The notes: generated by a model from the sequence alone, not told the origin. Positions 24,901 to 37,088 are shown, counted from the first letter of the whole stretch. The stretch is 57,893 nt of DNA, filler included, from Dugesia japonica (GCA_001938525.1; 4 parts of 4 records of this genome joined end to end with filler, not necessarily neighbours in it), one strand, 5' to 3'. Translations and numbers: made by a program.

Positions 24901-26460
24901 TTTTCGATATCAATAATTTAGAACAGCGGTCTCCAAACTGTTGCCCACGGAGACCTTTTTATCTATGGAAAATGTGTGTAGTTGGCCCCCAAACTGTTGA
25001 TTGATGCAGCCCTCGGACTGAAAGGTTTAGAGACCCCTGGTTTAGAACAATTATTATTTGGATTTCAACTCTAACTATTTGCACAACGTATCTGTAATAT
25101 TACTTTCATCGATTTATACAATGTCACTGTCGGTATATTTTTGAGAATTTATTGTTAATGAGTTCTTTAAAAATTAATAAATTATTTAAATAATTTCTTT
25201 TCTTCTTTTATTTTAATTTTCATTGTTTTTATTAATACTCATTTCTGTAACTTAAAAAATAACATTTTTTAAAATTAATTTAAGTAATTTTATTACAAAT
25301 TAATTTTATTTTCTACTACTTGAGTAATTTATTTATTATTTTATAATNNNNNNNNNNNNNNNNNNNNNNNNNNNNNNNNNNNNNNNNNTTATTTAATTAC
25401 AATTTTGCTGTGTATTACTTTTACTATATTGCTACTTTTGGTATTACAATTTGTGATTTCCATGTGATCTTAGGTTGGATTCCCTCAAAAATAATTAAAA
25501 TAAACATTCGCAACTACATATGACATATAAAACAGGCTAACTTTCTACACTTCAAAGGAATAAACATGAAGAAATATTAATCAAAGAGAAACCTAAAATC
25601 AATAAACTCAAATAAATATAATTCAAATTCAAATTGTAAAATTAAAATGCTGGAAAATATTATAATATTGGTTAAATCAATCAATCTGTTAAATTAATGA
25701 AGAATACAAAAATCGAAAATTCGAATAACTATCAAAAAAGAAATAGAAATAAAAAAAACTACATCTTAATCGAAGCCTTTAATTTAATGAAATCTCAAAT
25801 ACGACCAATAGTTAAATCCAATAATTATTCTAGCAATAAAATATTCGTCACTACATCACATAAGTAAATTAACAAGAAAATTTAATTAACCTCTAATAAA
25901 ATAAAGAAAATCATACAATAAAACAATAACAATAATCTTATTCAAATTATATATTTTAAGTTATTAATTTTTAAATTTTTTCTGAAGATTATTTCAAATT
26001 TTCTAATATTACGGTTAAATTTTGTTTTAAAAGTTGGATTTTGAATTTTAAAACGTTTTTGTAATTTCATAATAATTACTTTTAGTTAAATTTTTTATTT
26101 TTGAGGATTTACTCGATTAATAGTATTTGGTTTTATTTTAAAATTTTAATTAAAAACTTGAATTTTGAATAATTAATTTTGCTTGTAGTAAATTTTATAT
26201 TTCAGAACGAAACTGTTAGTGAGAATTTGATAGAAAATATGAAGGAAGGAAAATTATGTTTGATGTCATATCCTCATTGGAGTAATCTTCCAAATATTTG
26301 GACAAGTTTGAAAAGTAAATTTGAAATGATAATTGTACTTGATGTGAAAACGAGGACATTTACAAGTAACATGTTGAGATATGATTATACAGAAAAATCT
26401 TTTAGTGATGATCGCAGTCAAAAAACTTGTTATTATTATATGAAGAATAATACTTCCTAA
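18921..26460 (+). CDS. Class I SAM-dependent methyltransferase-like protein, 4 exons, 235 aa, apparently intact
   Basis: Exons 18921-19078, 19753-19855, 19907-20098 and 26206-26460. All introns are GT..AG with compatible phases (2,0,0), and the 708-nt joined frame has no internal stop. Motif I ITCIGCGPGPE, motif II KFIGID, then LCLMSY and MIIVLD strands. AATAAA at ~26618. Confidence 0.75.
20280..20490 (+). pseudogene. Remnant of the small basic Polinton protein preceding the capsid gene
   Basis: EIVQDVINNK...LKGSGRKSKH lies directly upstream of the capsid gene and resembles the GSG+basic-tail small proteins found at this position in Polintons. Confidence 0.45.
20526..21625 (+). pseudogene. 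Polinton/Maverick major capsid protein (F54H12.2-like, double jelly-roll)
   Basis: Family blocks in order, broken by stops, frameshifts and deletions: KAELCIFDHPTPRHAIE; VEFFINESQTDYLYLNDTLLYVKV; ETVLNYNGDSK; GSLQQDFMYQPKYLIPDV; DAKLMVKRVQV..HQIELAKQNAVYPI; FDHFNV; FVLAPD; LEINF; IYGVFENYIQITSDR. Confidence 0.85.
21735..22000 (+). pseudogene. Adenain-like (C5) cysteine maturation protease
   Basis: FLSVYPLDKLP...GEHWLAFY...FNPFYYPP...FQDPFTTNCGQQC. His, Gln and Cys are retained, the catalytic Asp position reads N, and the segment follows the capsid gene directly. Confidence 0.8.
22740..23045. repeat. Low-complexity degenerate tandem repeat (ttttgataataat-like)
   Basis: Many imperfect tttgataa(t)aat units inside the Polinton remnant. 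Confidence 0.5.
23602..24645 (+). pseudogene. polB: Second protein-primed PolB remnant (diverged relative of the minus-strand copy)
   Basis: SYQFIYSSL; KSKGVFTYDFATSL; YLKIGDFLLAELFQQ; LEPLNVYGIPGMSWASAL; LFEGGIRRG; LLYIDINNLYG*ALSLKLTYKKFEW. Collinear with 13930-14500(-). Confidence 0.88.
24924..25039. mobile_element. 116-bp hAT-type MITE
   Basis: TIRs CAGCGGTCTCCAAAC / GTTTAGAGACCCCTG. The 8-bp flanks ATTTAGAA and GTTTAGAA match 7/8, consistent with a hAT target duplication. Confidence 0.8.
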
Positions 26461-27438
26461 TGAGTTTGACGGTACATTTTAGATTTATTCTGATCTTATT
26501 TATATATTTTATTTGACGAATGATGATGTTTATTTTATATTTTAAACTTTTCTTGACACCATATATTATTTACATATTTTGCATCTATATGTGCATCTAT
26601 ATTTTGCACTTGATTTTAATAAAATTATTTTCATTTTAACTTTTATTTTTATTCAATTAAAACAATGAATAAAAACTACAAAATTTTGCTTATTATGCGT
26701 AAATAATTTCTTATTATTGGGTTTAAAAATCAATATATTTAATACTAAATTTGATTCGATCAGACAAACAGAAATATGTTTTTAAAAAGATTGGAAAAGT
26801 TTTTTAAAAAATACAAACTTTTTTAAACATTTATTTACCATTAAAACAAAAAACATTTTAACTATCTAAATCTGAATACCATATTTCTAGATTTCTTTAT
26901 CAGCGGGAAGGTGGATTGGTGGTATGTAAAGAAAGCATTTTTTGTAGTAGTCCTTTAGATAATGCATGGTATTTAATTCTAAGCTGTATAATGATGTATG
27001 CCTGAGAAAATTCTATACCAATTTTTACAAAAGTTTATGCTTTGGTATAGAAATTGCGCAGGAACGAAGAACTTACTAAGGTAGTTCTTTAAGTAAAGTA
27101 TATTCAATTCTTTATTGAATAGTTTCAAAATTGAAGCTGTATGACCACCTCCAGAAGGTCAAACTCTATTATAATTTTGGACTAATCAAAGTCGATACCA
27201 CCCGAGGTCAAAGTCCACACCAGCTAAAATTTATATACCACTGAAATTTCTATACTAGTTATCATAAGAACTAATCACATAAGACGCAATGACTTAAGAA
27301 ACAACTTGTAAATAATAAAATGCAATCGAATATGTTTAAAAAACTAGCATAAAGAGTGGAAAGAAACTGAGAATGATGAATGAAAAATGGATATTATTAT
27401 AAAAAATTCACTAGTATGCATGTGGTATTGAAATAAAA

Positions 27439-27740
27439 ATGAAATTAGAAAGAAGTATTTCGTTTATTACCGATTTGATTAAATCATCAAAATCTTCAAA
27501 AATGAAAATTTTGCAATTATTTCCACCGTATGTTATCGTTGATTTACTTGAGATTATCATAAATATTGATTTTGATAATGTAGATTTGAGCGCAGCCAAA
27601 GGAAAGCATTGAAAAAACATAAAAGAACATTATTAATGCTTATGTTAGGAAATTGATAAGGAATAATCCAGGAGATGACTTTTGAGCATCCTTACTACCA
27701 ATTGCATTAGCTGCATTAGGCTTGACTCATTTCAAATAAA
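27439..27740 (+). pseudogene. Polinton small basic/amphipathic protein remnant
   Basis: MKLERSISFITDLIKSSKSSKMKILQLFPPYVIVDLLEIIINIDFDNVDLSAA/KALKKHKRTLLML...PGDDF*ASLLPIALAALG fits the recurrent Polinton pattern E..lN...gNv.l....k..L.k.K..L..l...GG.Fl..Ll. Confidence 0.55.
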
Positions 27741-28955
27741 CAATAGGTGGCTTTTTAGCAAATAGTTAAATAGTGACGCACTGGATCAGCTCCCCCATGA
27801 TTAGATAATGTAGATCCTAATGTATTTAGTTGGGAATTTAAAAATGACATCATATTAGGTAATATTACGCAAGTGATCTATGATTTTCATGTGTAAAATA
27901 TTTTTCATGGGATTTTTTTTATGAAAATTCGAGTGAACCACCCAATTTGTTTAAATAATATGAAAATTAATAAATTTTTTAAATCAATTTTTTATTGAAA
28001 TCTGGAACATCCCAAATTTCGAAAATTTTTTTTATTTTTTTAAATATCACTTGAATGAGAAAGAATCATTTCTAGCTAGAAAAAGTTTTAATCTCAAATT
28101 TAATTATAAACTAATCTATTCAATAGAGAACTTTCCACTGATCATTACTGATTTAATCAAAATTCGCCAAAATTTGAAACTTTTATTCTCAAATCGTAAC
28201 GTAACATACATTATTCGATAGAAAATTATTCANNNNNNNNNNNNNNNNNNNNNNNNNNNNNNNNNNNNNNNNNNNNNNNNNNNNNNNNNNNNNNNNNNNN
28301 NNNNNNNNNNNAAGATGCTTAATAAACACAAATAAAACATTATTTCTTACAATGTTCATCCAAATTTAATGATTCAAGTACTACTTTGCAGAAGTTTACG
28401 CTGATCAAGAATATATACAGTTAAACTTGTCAAATAAAATTATTTTTAAAAAAGTTTAAATTTTGTAATTCTTAATAATTAATGTTAAAAAAATTATCTC
28501 AAATTTTATAATTAAAGTATATATTCGATATGGAATTTGACGATGATTAACAATATCATCAACTAAAATCGTCAAATCATATACATAAAAAGTTATATTG
28601 AAAAACAAATACATATGTTTTGTAGTTTACTCTGAAGAATATTAACATTAATTTTCATAAAATAATAAAAGTTAAAAACAAAAATACTTTCAAACTAATA
28701 TTTATTTCAATAAATCTGATTGCTTATCTGTTTCGTTTGGTTGTATCTTCTTTACAAGCATGGTTTTAAGAACATCATAACAGCAATAGTAACAATCACA
28801 TCTGTTATCTATAGATATTCTTCCATATCTAAATTGGCAAGATTACTCACATTCTNNNNNNNNNNNNNNNNNNNNNNNNNNNNNNNNNNNNNNNNNNNNT
28901 TAATTAATTAANNNNNNNNNNNNNNNNNNNNNNNNNNNNNNNNNNNNNNNNNNNN

Positions 28956-29228
28956 AACGGTTATGTACGACCAATTTTATTCTTATAATCATTGGATGAG
29001 AGAAGTACTGAGCAAGTAGAGAAGGATCGTTAACGAACATTAATCAATAGCAAGACGCGATATTGCAAAGTCGCGCTGGACCTAGGAAAGTGAGTACAGA
29101 GGTACCATAAATGCTTGTAATTTTTAGGTATGCCCTTAGATTATTAATTTATTTATTAAATGTAAACGCGAGTAAATGAAAGAGAGTTAAAATAAATTGT
29201 CAACATCAAAAATCCTAAAAACCCAACA
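28956..29228 (+). mobile_element. 3' end of a copy of the TGTTGGG...CCCAACA element
   Basis: Inverted homology to 29631-29910. Ends aaaatcctaaaaacccaaca and runs into (AAT)n. Confidence 0.7.
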
Positions 29229-29439
29229 ATAATAATAATAATAANNNNNNNNNNNNNNNNNNNNNNNNNNNNNNNNNNNNNNNNNNNNNNNNNNNNNNNN
29301 NNNNNNNNNNNNNNNNNNNNNNNNNNNNNNNNNNNNNNNNNNNNNNNNNNNNNNNNNNNNNNNNNNNNNNNNNNNNNNNNNNNNNNNNNNNNNNNNNNNN
29401 NNNNNNNNNNNNNNNNNNNNNNNNNNNNNNNNNNNNNNN

Positions 29440-29489
<50 letters not shown>

Positions 29490-29630
29490 TAATAATAATA
29501 ATAATATTATTATATTATATTATTTATGTTAATATAATTTGTATTATTAATATTAATAGTAGGTAGATAGTAGCCATGACCTAACCCCTTCTTTCTCCGC
29601 GGAGAGAAGTAACAATTGAGGGTATATATG

Positions 29631-32555
29631 TGTTGGGTTTTTAGGATTTTGAATAATCTAATATCTGCACTTTCCATAATCGAGTATGGTGATAAATAAA
29701 TCTGCTTTATCTCGTCTATGGGCATACCTAAAAACCACAAGAGTTTGAGTCGCCTCTGTGACATGCCCCACCTTTTTTCAGGTTCAGCGCAACTTTGTGG
29801 TATCGCGTCTTAGCATTTGTCTCCTTGAATTCAAACTAACGTCTCCATCGTCTGCTCAGTATTTGTTTCCCATAACTCATACCACATAAAAATGGTCATA
29901 CATAACCACTAATCAATACAACAAAAAATCATGTGACACTAAAACTATATATTCATCACATTATACTAATTATCCAAACCTTTGCTTCCTCTAAAGGCTC
30001 CCGATACAGCAACCACAATGATCGTAAATTGTTGAACGTCGTTGCTTCACGATCCGCATAAACCTTTATTATGTCGGCCATTAACCAGTTGGCGTGTTAT
30101 AGAGCCAGTTCTTTCTCTTTGAGTTCCAGATATTTATTTTGATGTTTAGTAGCCTGACTCTTTAGCTGCAGTAGCTCATTCTGGAGTACTCGGCCAGATA
30201 GTACAAATAATAATTAATCCAAGATTGCCTCTGCAACCTGCATGACATACATATCCCTTTAATTTCCGCTACTAAAACTCAAACAAACAAATCAACAAAA
30301 CAGCTCTCATTTGACAACTCTACACATTTTATTTATCGTTTATAACAGGGNNNTTCATGACAGAACCGCTCAGGCCCATCACATCCCGAATAATCGATAT
30401 CTCTTCTTCTTCAGCTTGCGATTCCATGATATCCTTCTCGTTTTTATCACTCTCTATAGCCGCTTCAGGCAACTGACTATCTTCATTGATGCCTTCCGAA
30501 TCGGTCTATTCGAGAACCGCCATCAATCGATCTCGTTGCGAAGTGAGCAAAGTATTATTGGCTTCGAGAATGGCGACACGCAAATTGGTCACCTCGAGAT
30601 CTGCCCTCAACTCATTTGTTTTTTCTTTACGGCCTATTTTCTCATCTTGTATCATTTTCTGGACCTCCGCTCATTTGATATAGTAATATCCGTTGGTATC
30701 GATATACGGCCATATATATCGTGGTCGTTTCAAATTCAATCTGCTTTTCATCATCTAGTAAATTACGATCATGTTTATCAATTCTCATTATATACGATAA
30801 TTTCAACATAACGAATAAAATAAAATCAAATCAAATTTTTTAAATACCCAATGATTTTTTCACGATTTCTTTGGCCGGCGGCCTATCATTATTTCCACCG
30901 TTTCATAACGCGAACCAGAGAAGATTCCCGCTGGAAACAGGTATCTTTCCTCGTTCCCGTTATCGTCAAACTCAGTTAGGCGTTCCCTAATCATTACGAA
31001 ATAGTTGCACTTAATTTCTTTTCAAACCAAATTTTATTTCATTTCGAATATTGATTTAATGTCTTAATAGAATGTTTAAACGAATTTATAACTCCATTAC
31101 TCAACATATTGGTTCAAAACTTTGGTAATTTCCTAAATGGGTTTGAAGTTTCATTTTTATAAGAAAAATTAGCATNNNNNNNNNNNNNNNNNNNNNNNNN
31201 NNNNNNNNNNNNNNNNNNNNNNNNNGTATGATCGTACAAAATAAATAATAATAAATAAATCAATGAGAATAATGAACAACTATTTTAATTATTTATTGTA
31301 TGTTCGCACGACTTTTGACCAAAAAATTTTAAATCACTCAAAACATAACAAATCAAACAGTGATCCTATCGGAGAATCAGAAAAAAGTTTTCTAAAAAAT
31401 TGGTACTCGTTGAAATTTGACAAAANNNNNNNNNNNNACAACTACAATTCTCGACTTCACTTTCACCTTTCTATTCACGAACGCTACTCGGCGAATTCCT
31501 CTGAATTCCCGTAATTTCTCGGTTCATAATTTTTAAGCCCCGTTTTGAAATTTTCCTCGTCATTAAATTCTTATTTCATGTTCACTCAGAAGAACTCTAG
31601 AGATGGAACTCGGACATGATGATTTTAATTTCCAAATTAAAAAAATGATGATTTTAATTTAAAATAATAAAATAAAATCAATAAATTTTTACTCTGTTGA
31701 AGCTGTCTGAATAATATGCAGGATCAAATAAAATTTTCTGTAAGCTTCTGTTAAAATAGACTTTTTTGTAAGTTAAAAATTTCAAAAATTGGCATAAACT
31801 TTTTTAAGTAAAAATCTTTTCTGTTCTCTTTTTTGTTTTTTTCCTCCATGTAGCCTTGTTTCATTGACTCCATAGACATCATGATTGGAGATCCTTCATT
31901 GCCCGCGCAATCGTCGATTTGTATTTCAGAATCTCGTCCTCTCATTGGTTCGTGGGGTCAGATTTTCTCGAATCTCGGAAATGATCGCACCAGAACTTTG
32001 CTTGCCTGCATGCGCGATTGATTGACAACGACTTTGGAAAAACCAAATTCGTGTCGTCAGGCGGATGCACAAGTTTATACTGTCTGATTTTCCAACTTAT
32101 TCATCGTTTGGAAAATCAGAATTATCATTTCAAAATTGGTGACTGGACACCTTAATTAACAATATTAAACGCTTGATTAGCGTTATTTTAACAATAATGG
32201 GTTGTAGAGGCCCTTTTAATATATTATTATAGTAGTATATTTTATTTTTATTATCCAGCCTATTATTTCCTACTCGTACATCCAAATTTCATTGTCGTAT
32301 CTCCAAATTTGGGTNNNNNNNNNNNNNNNNNNNNNNNNNNNNNNNNNNNNNNNNNNNNNNNNNNNNNNNNNNNNNNNNNNNNNNNNNNNNNTAATAATAA
32401 TAATAATAATTATGTAAAAATAATAATTTAGTGTAAAATATCTGGCCCCGCATCCCTTTTTACTCGTTTTTCTGCTTGTTCTCTGATAATTTTCGTATTA
32501 TTTGGGGATGCTTTGTTATCTATTTTGCACTAAAATTATGTGTTCTAGCCCAACA
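29631..32555 (-). mobile_element. 2.9-kb element with TGTTGGG/CCCAACA termini and TATG target duplication, carrying a decayed coiled-coil gene (solo LTR or non-autonomous DNA transposon)
   Basis: 7-bp terminal inverted repeat, with TATG at 29627-29630 and 32556-32559. Homologous at both ends to 39049-40544(+). Coding-like minus-strand blocks at ~30350-30700 and 29980-30195. Confidence 0.8.
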
Positions 32556-32649
32556 TATGTATATATATTTTCGTGATGGAAAATAATTTCTTCTTTTAAT
32601 GGTTAAATAAAATTTAAAANNNNNNNNAATAAATCTTTAAAAAACAGGT

Positions 32650-33300
32650 AGCATTTTTTCTGAAAGATAAAGTTTTGATAACAAAAACTAAGGAAGAAAC
32701 GAAAATAACACAGCCACCTGACATAGTTGAGTTATTATTTATAGATGTGTATGGAGCATTGCAGGAGACACGAGGTTGAAAAGATATGTTTTCGGTAAAA
32801 TAGATCTATGCAGTAAGTATATAGCTTTGATAGCAAATGCAAGACAATATGAAGACACCATAAAAAAGCAATAATAGAGAAGTGAATATTAAAATTCAGG
32901 TGTCCGAGAGAAACTAGTGTTGATTGTAGAATAACATTTGATTCTAAACTAATGAAAGACTTTGCAGCTTAACATGGAATTATCCTCAGATTTTTGAGTC
33001 CATATTATCATAACACAAATAAACAAATTGAGAGACAGTTTTAAACAATGCGATCTATGAGAAATGCGACATTTAAAGACAGGACTTCCTCAGACTGGGC
33101 GGATGTATTGGCAAAGAGATAATTTACTTTGAATAGTGATGAGGTTTTTTAGAAAGTTCAAACAAGAAACAAGAACCAAGTTCGATATGAAGGACTCTAT
33201 AAGATCAAAGGAAAGGTTCACAACAGACATTACATCCTAGAAGATACAAACGGAAAACGTCTTGAGAGAAACATAAAAAAGAAGAAGTCGTTCAATGTTA
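32650..33300 (+). pseudogene. Gypsy-type integrase core remnant
   Basis: ELLFIDVYGAL..RYVFGKIDLCSKY..ILKFRCPRETSVDC..F.SKLMKDFA..HGI...LSPYYHNTNKQIERQF (D-D-E core) plus a C-terminal RYEGLYKI (GPY-like). Confidence 0.85.
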
Positions 33301-33350
33301 CATCATCTCCGGAAACTAGACGTCTTATATATATATATATATATATATAC

Positions 33351-36300
33351 CTGAGTTCAGGTATCTTTTTATATCTTCATACATCCATCCCGAAACATTC
33401 CACGAGTTAAAATCTTCTTCAGAGGGTTCATATGAAATCATAGCATTGATCATCGAAGTTCCTCCCAATAGTTTTCCTCCAATCAAAATCATTTGCTAAA
33501 ACAAATTTAACTAAATACAATTATTACTTAGAGTTGTTTGAAGGTTTAAATATTGAAAGTCATATTTTTCGTTTATAAGTTGAAAAATAATAAAATTTTG
33601 ATAATTATTTCGTTTTTTGCTATTTGAAATTAAAAATGCAACTTCTACCTCAATATAGTGTATAATTGAACGTTGAGACAGAAGTTATCGGATCTCTAGA
33701 GTTTATTAACTGTTTAGAAAACTTCCCTGAATTAAAAGTTTAATACAGTTAGTATGTTAGCGACAAAACGAATCCATTGTATCAATCATTCGTGTATGGA
33801 AGAAAATCAAAAGGGGATCTTTGCATAAATTGTGGAAATATATTTCGTAAATAATTTGACTTTTATTATTTTAAGATAATATTAATTGTATAACCAAACG
33901 TTTTGAGATTTTAGCTTTAACTTTCTCGAGAATTAAAAAATAAGTGTATTTAAAATAGTTTGAATATTTGATTTTATATATGCATTGATATATGCATTAA
34001 GGTGTAAACAACATCTGAAAGTGAACACACACACACACACACAAAATTTCTGTTATATTTTTTTTGAATCACTTTCTATCTTTTTTTTAATATTTTCGAT
34101 TTTTTAAATTACTTCTTTAGATTTATCCAAACTATTGACATCATGTAATTTCAGTTCTTTCTTTGTATCATTATTTTCCAACGCATCATTCATAATAGAA
34201 ATTATCAATACTAATGAGCAGGTAACATAGAATGCTATCAGTTAAAATCTCAAAGAAATTAATTTTTCTCTTTTTTAAATGAATTCAAATTTCAAATCCT
34301 TAGCTATATTTTTCTTCAAGTTTTCTTCAAAATTGTTTCTAATCATGTTTCAGTAAATCTGAATTGTTTCTGAATCAAAAAGCGTTTTGATAAAAAAATT
34401 CTCATTTCTTCTGATATTTGCGATAATTCAAATAATCTTCGTTTCTTTCAAAAATGCATCAACATATCCTACTACTTGAAACTTGTTCAGAAGCTTAATA
34501 ATTTTTTAACAGTTTGGCGTGTTCTCCATATTAAGTACAAGTAAGAATAATTAAGAGCTTATATTTAAAAATGTGTATTATTTAAGAATAATATCTTTTT
34601 TTCAGTTAGATCAGGTATAGCAATTACTTAATTGACCCTATTTGACATCATATAATCAAACATATAGGTTTTTTCAGACATACATGCCAACATACAATTA
34701 CGTAATATTAAATATTTAATTACAATTAAATTAATTAATCTCATCTCACACAAACTACGCTGAATTATTTTTGTACGCTACTTAATTTGATTTAACGTTA
34801 TAAGAAATAGCTCAAGACATACGAAATTTTAAAATTTTTTATAGTATATTTAAATTAATAATTGACAACCATTTTTTTAAATATTTATTTGCGATCAATT
34901 TTGACGGAATAACCGTCATCGTCAGGCAATTAAAGAATATTAAAACAAACTATTTACAAAGTTTAAATGATTTGATAATTTCAATTGTGCAATCCCAATA
35001 AAAAAANNNNNNNNNNNNNNNNNNNNNNNNNNNNNNNNNNNNNNNNNNNNNNNNNNNNNNNNNNNNNNNNNNNNNNNNNNNNNNNNNNNNNNNNNNNNNN
35101 NNNNNNNNNNNNNNNNNAAATCAGAACACCCTATTGATTTTCTACATTTTCTCCGATGCTCAACAATATTACTATTACCACTATTTCGACTTTGCTCTTG
35201 AACTCTGATGCAGAGATGACTAGAAGTCTCTCTAATGTATGTGGCGTTACACCCATTGCATTTAATTTGATAGACCAGATCAGAGCACAAGCCTAAAGGT
35301 GTTACAGATTTATTATTGAACATATTTATAACCTTATGAGATTGAGATACAACTTTTATATTTAAAATATTCTTAAGCACATTTTCAATCGAAAGTTTGA
35401 ATTTTTAAAGACTTCAGAATAAGGTAAAGATAACACAATTTTATGATCTGTTTCTACAACCTCAGATACATCAAAACGACAAGTCACTATTAAATTTATT
35501 CAAAGTTTCATAAACTAATTTGTCCGTAAACAATTTAGAAGACGCATTATTATGAAGTAAGTCAATTAATTTTTTTGATAAAAGTAGAAGAGAGAGACCA
35601 AGAACTATGAATTAGTTCTTTAATCATATAGTTTTATATTTTATGTCACAAAAACTGGCAGGATTTGTAAACAAACCGGTATCAGTTTTCTTTNNNNNNN
35701 NNNNNNTTTCAAATGAAGTATTCTTTCTTTCAATAAGCAAATCAAGAAATGAAACAGTTGAATTGATCTCTTCTTCAACTGTAAAGCCTATATTTGGATG
35801 GAAGTTATTCATATACTCAAAAAACAAATTTCCTCAAATGTCGATTTTAAAAGTATTAATTAAAATGATAATTGAAAATTATAATTAAAACTACTTAGTA
35901 TTTTATTTTTGACATTTCTTCAAATGTCCAATTTTGAAATTATGGATTAAACTTATAATTGAAAATTAAAATTTGAATTATTGAGTATATATTAAAATAT
36001 ATTATAAAAGATTTTAAATATTAAATATTAAATTAGATATTTTTTAAATATATATGAAAATATATTTTATGTATTTACAAATATTTCAATATCTTGAAGC
36101 CTTGATTATATTTTTTAACATTCTTTCATTAAAATATTAATGAGAGTTAATTTGTTTGAATATTCTGACTATTAATCTTTTTAACTTCCAACGAAAACCG
36201 TAACAATTTATGATTAAATATTTGTGGAGACTTGCGATATTGTAGACCCAACTAATAACCATATTGATTTTTTTCAATTTCGTTAAATCAAACTCGGATG

Positions 36301-37088
36301 AAAACAGAAAACAGATAAAAAAATTTTTACGATAATTATTAAAGAAATTTTTTTTAACTTCAAGTTTATTTAATATTAATCTTATCTTAAACAAAAATTT
36401 CTAAATTGCAACCCAAATTGAAATTTGATTTTATTTAATAATGATGTTTCTATAATTCTCACAATTCTCTTCATAATTCTATTTCTACTTGAATTATTTT
36501 TAATCGTCACGCAAGAATGAATTTCCCATCTAACTTCAAGGTTGACTTCATTTATGGCTAGTTGATTATTGGTCAATGATTTTTTTTAATGGTACATTTA
36601 TATTCAATAAATCTTAATCACTTGTGCTTGTCAAATCAACTTGAAATTCAAGTATAAATAAATTTAACTAACAAAACTACTGACAAATAAACATATTTAC
36701 TTGATTTTTCATAAATTTACTGCTATTATTTTGAACAGTTGTTTTATATTTCCATAGAATTGATGAATCATGATTAATTAATATTGGAACCAATATTGGA
36801 ATATTGCTCAAAATTTCAGTAACAAAATCAGGTTTTGAACCTGCTTCTAACAGAAGCACTTTGTTTTTCGTTTCAACAAGTCGTGAAGCTAAAATATTTC
36901 CGGCTGTTCCAGCTCCAACTAATTCCAATTAATTTGTTTTAATTCACAACGAAAATAATTAACAAACTAATTATATAATCGAATTCCATATTTGATAATT
37001 CAATTAAATTTTTTTTGATTGATTGTAATTTTTTATAAATGAAAATTGCAAATAGTAAATTGATAAAACTTAAAATATAATAACGCAT
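33351..37088 (-). CDS. GMC (glucose-methanol-choline) oxidoreductase, first three exons; 3' part not found
   Basis: Exons 37088-36968, 36918-36701 and 33495-33351 splice GT..AG in frame. They give a hydrophobic N-terminus, FDYIIIGAGTAGNILASRL..KVLLLEAG (FAD binding), WKYKTTVQ and GKLLGGTSMINAM..DFNSW..GW.YED. Confidence 0.88.
34890..35830 (-). mobile_element. Penelope-like retroelement 3' remnant in GMC intron 2
   Basis: MNNFHPNIGFTVEEE..VSFLDL..KKTDTG (RT C-terminus) and VYQIKCNGCNATYIRET..RVQE (GIY-YIG). The 3' end has ctgacga-t-gacgg-ttatt-ccgtc-aaaa, a hammerhead-like motif. Confidence 0.88.

Noticed and set aside
30311-30811. 166-aa plus-strand ORF
   Set aside because: Antisense shadow of the minus-strand acidic/coiled-coil block in the TG..CA element. 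Likewise 2716-3018(+) shadows the mariner, and 54082-54351, 54781-55197 and 55361-55552(+) shadow the Gypsy element.
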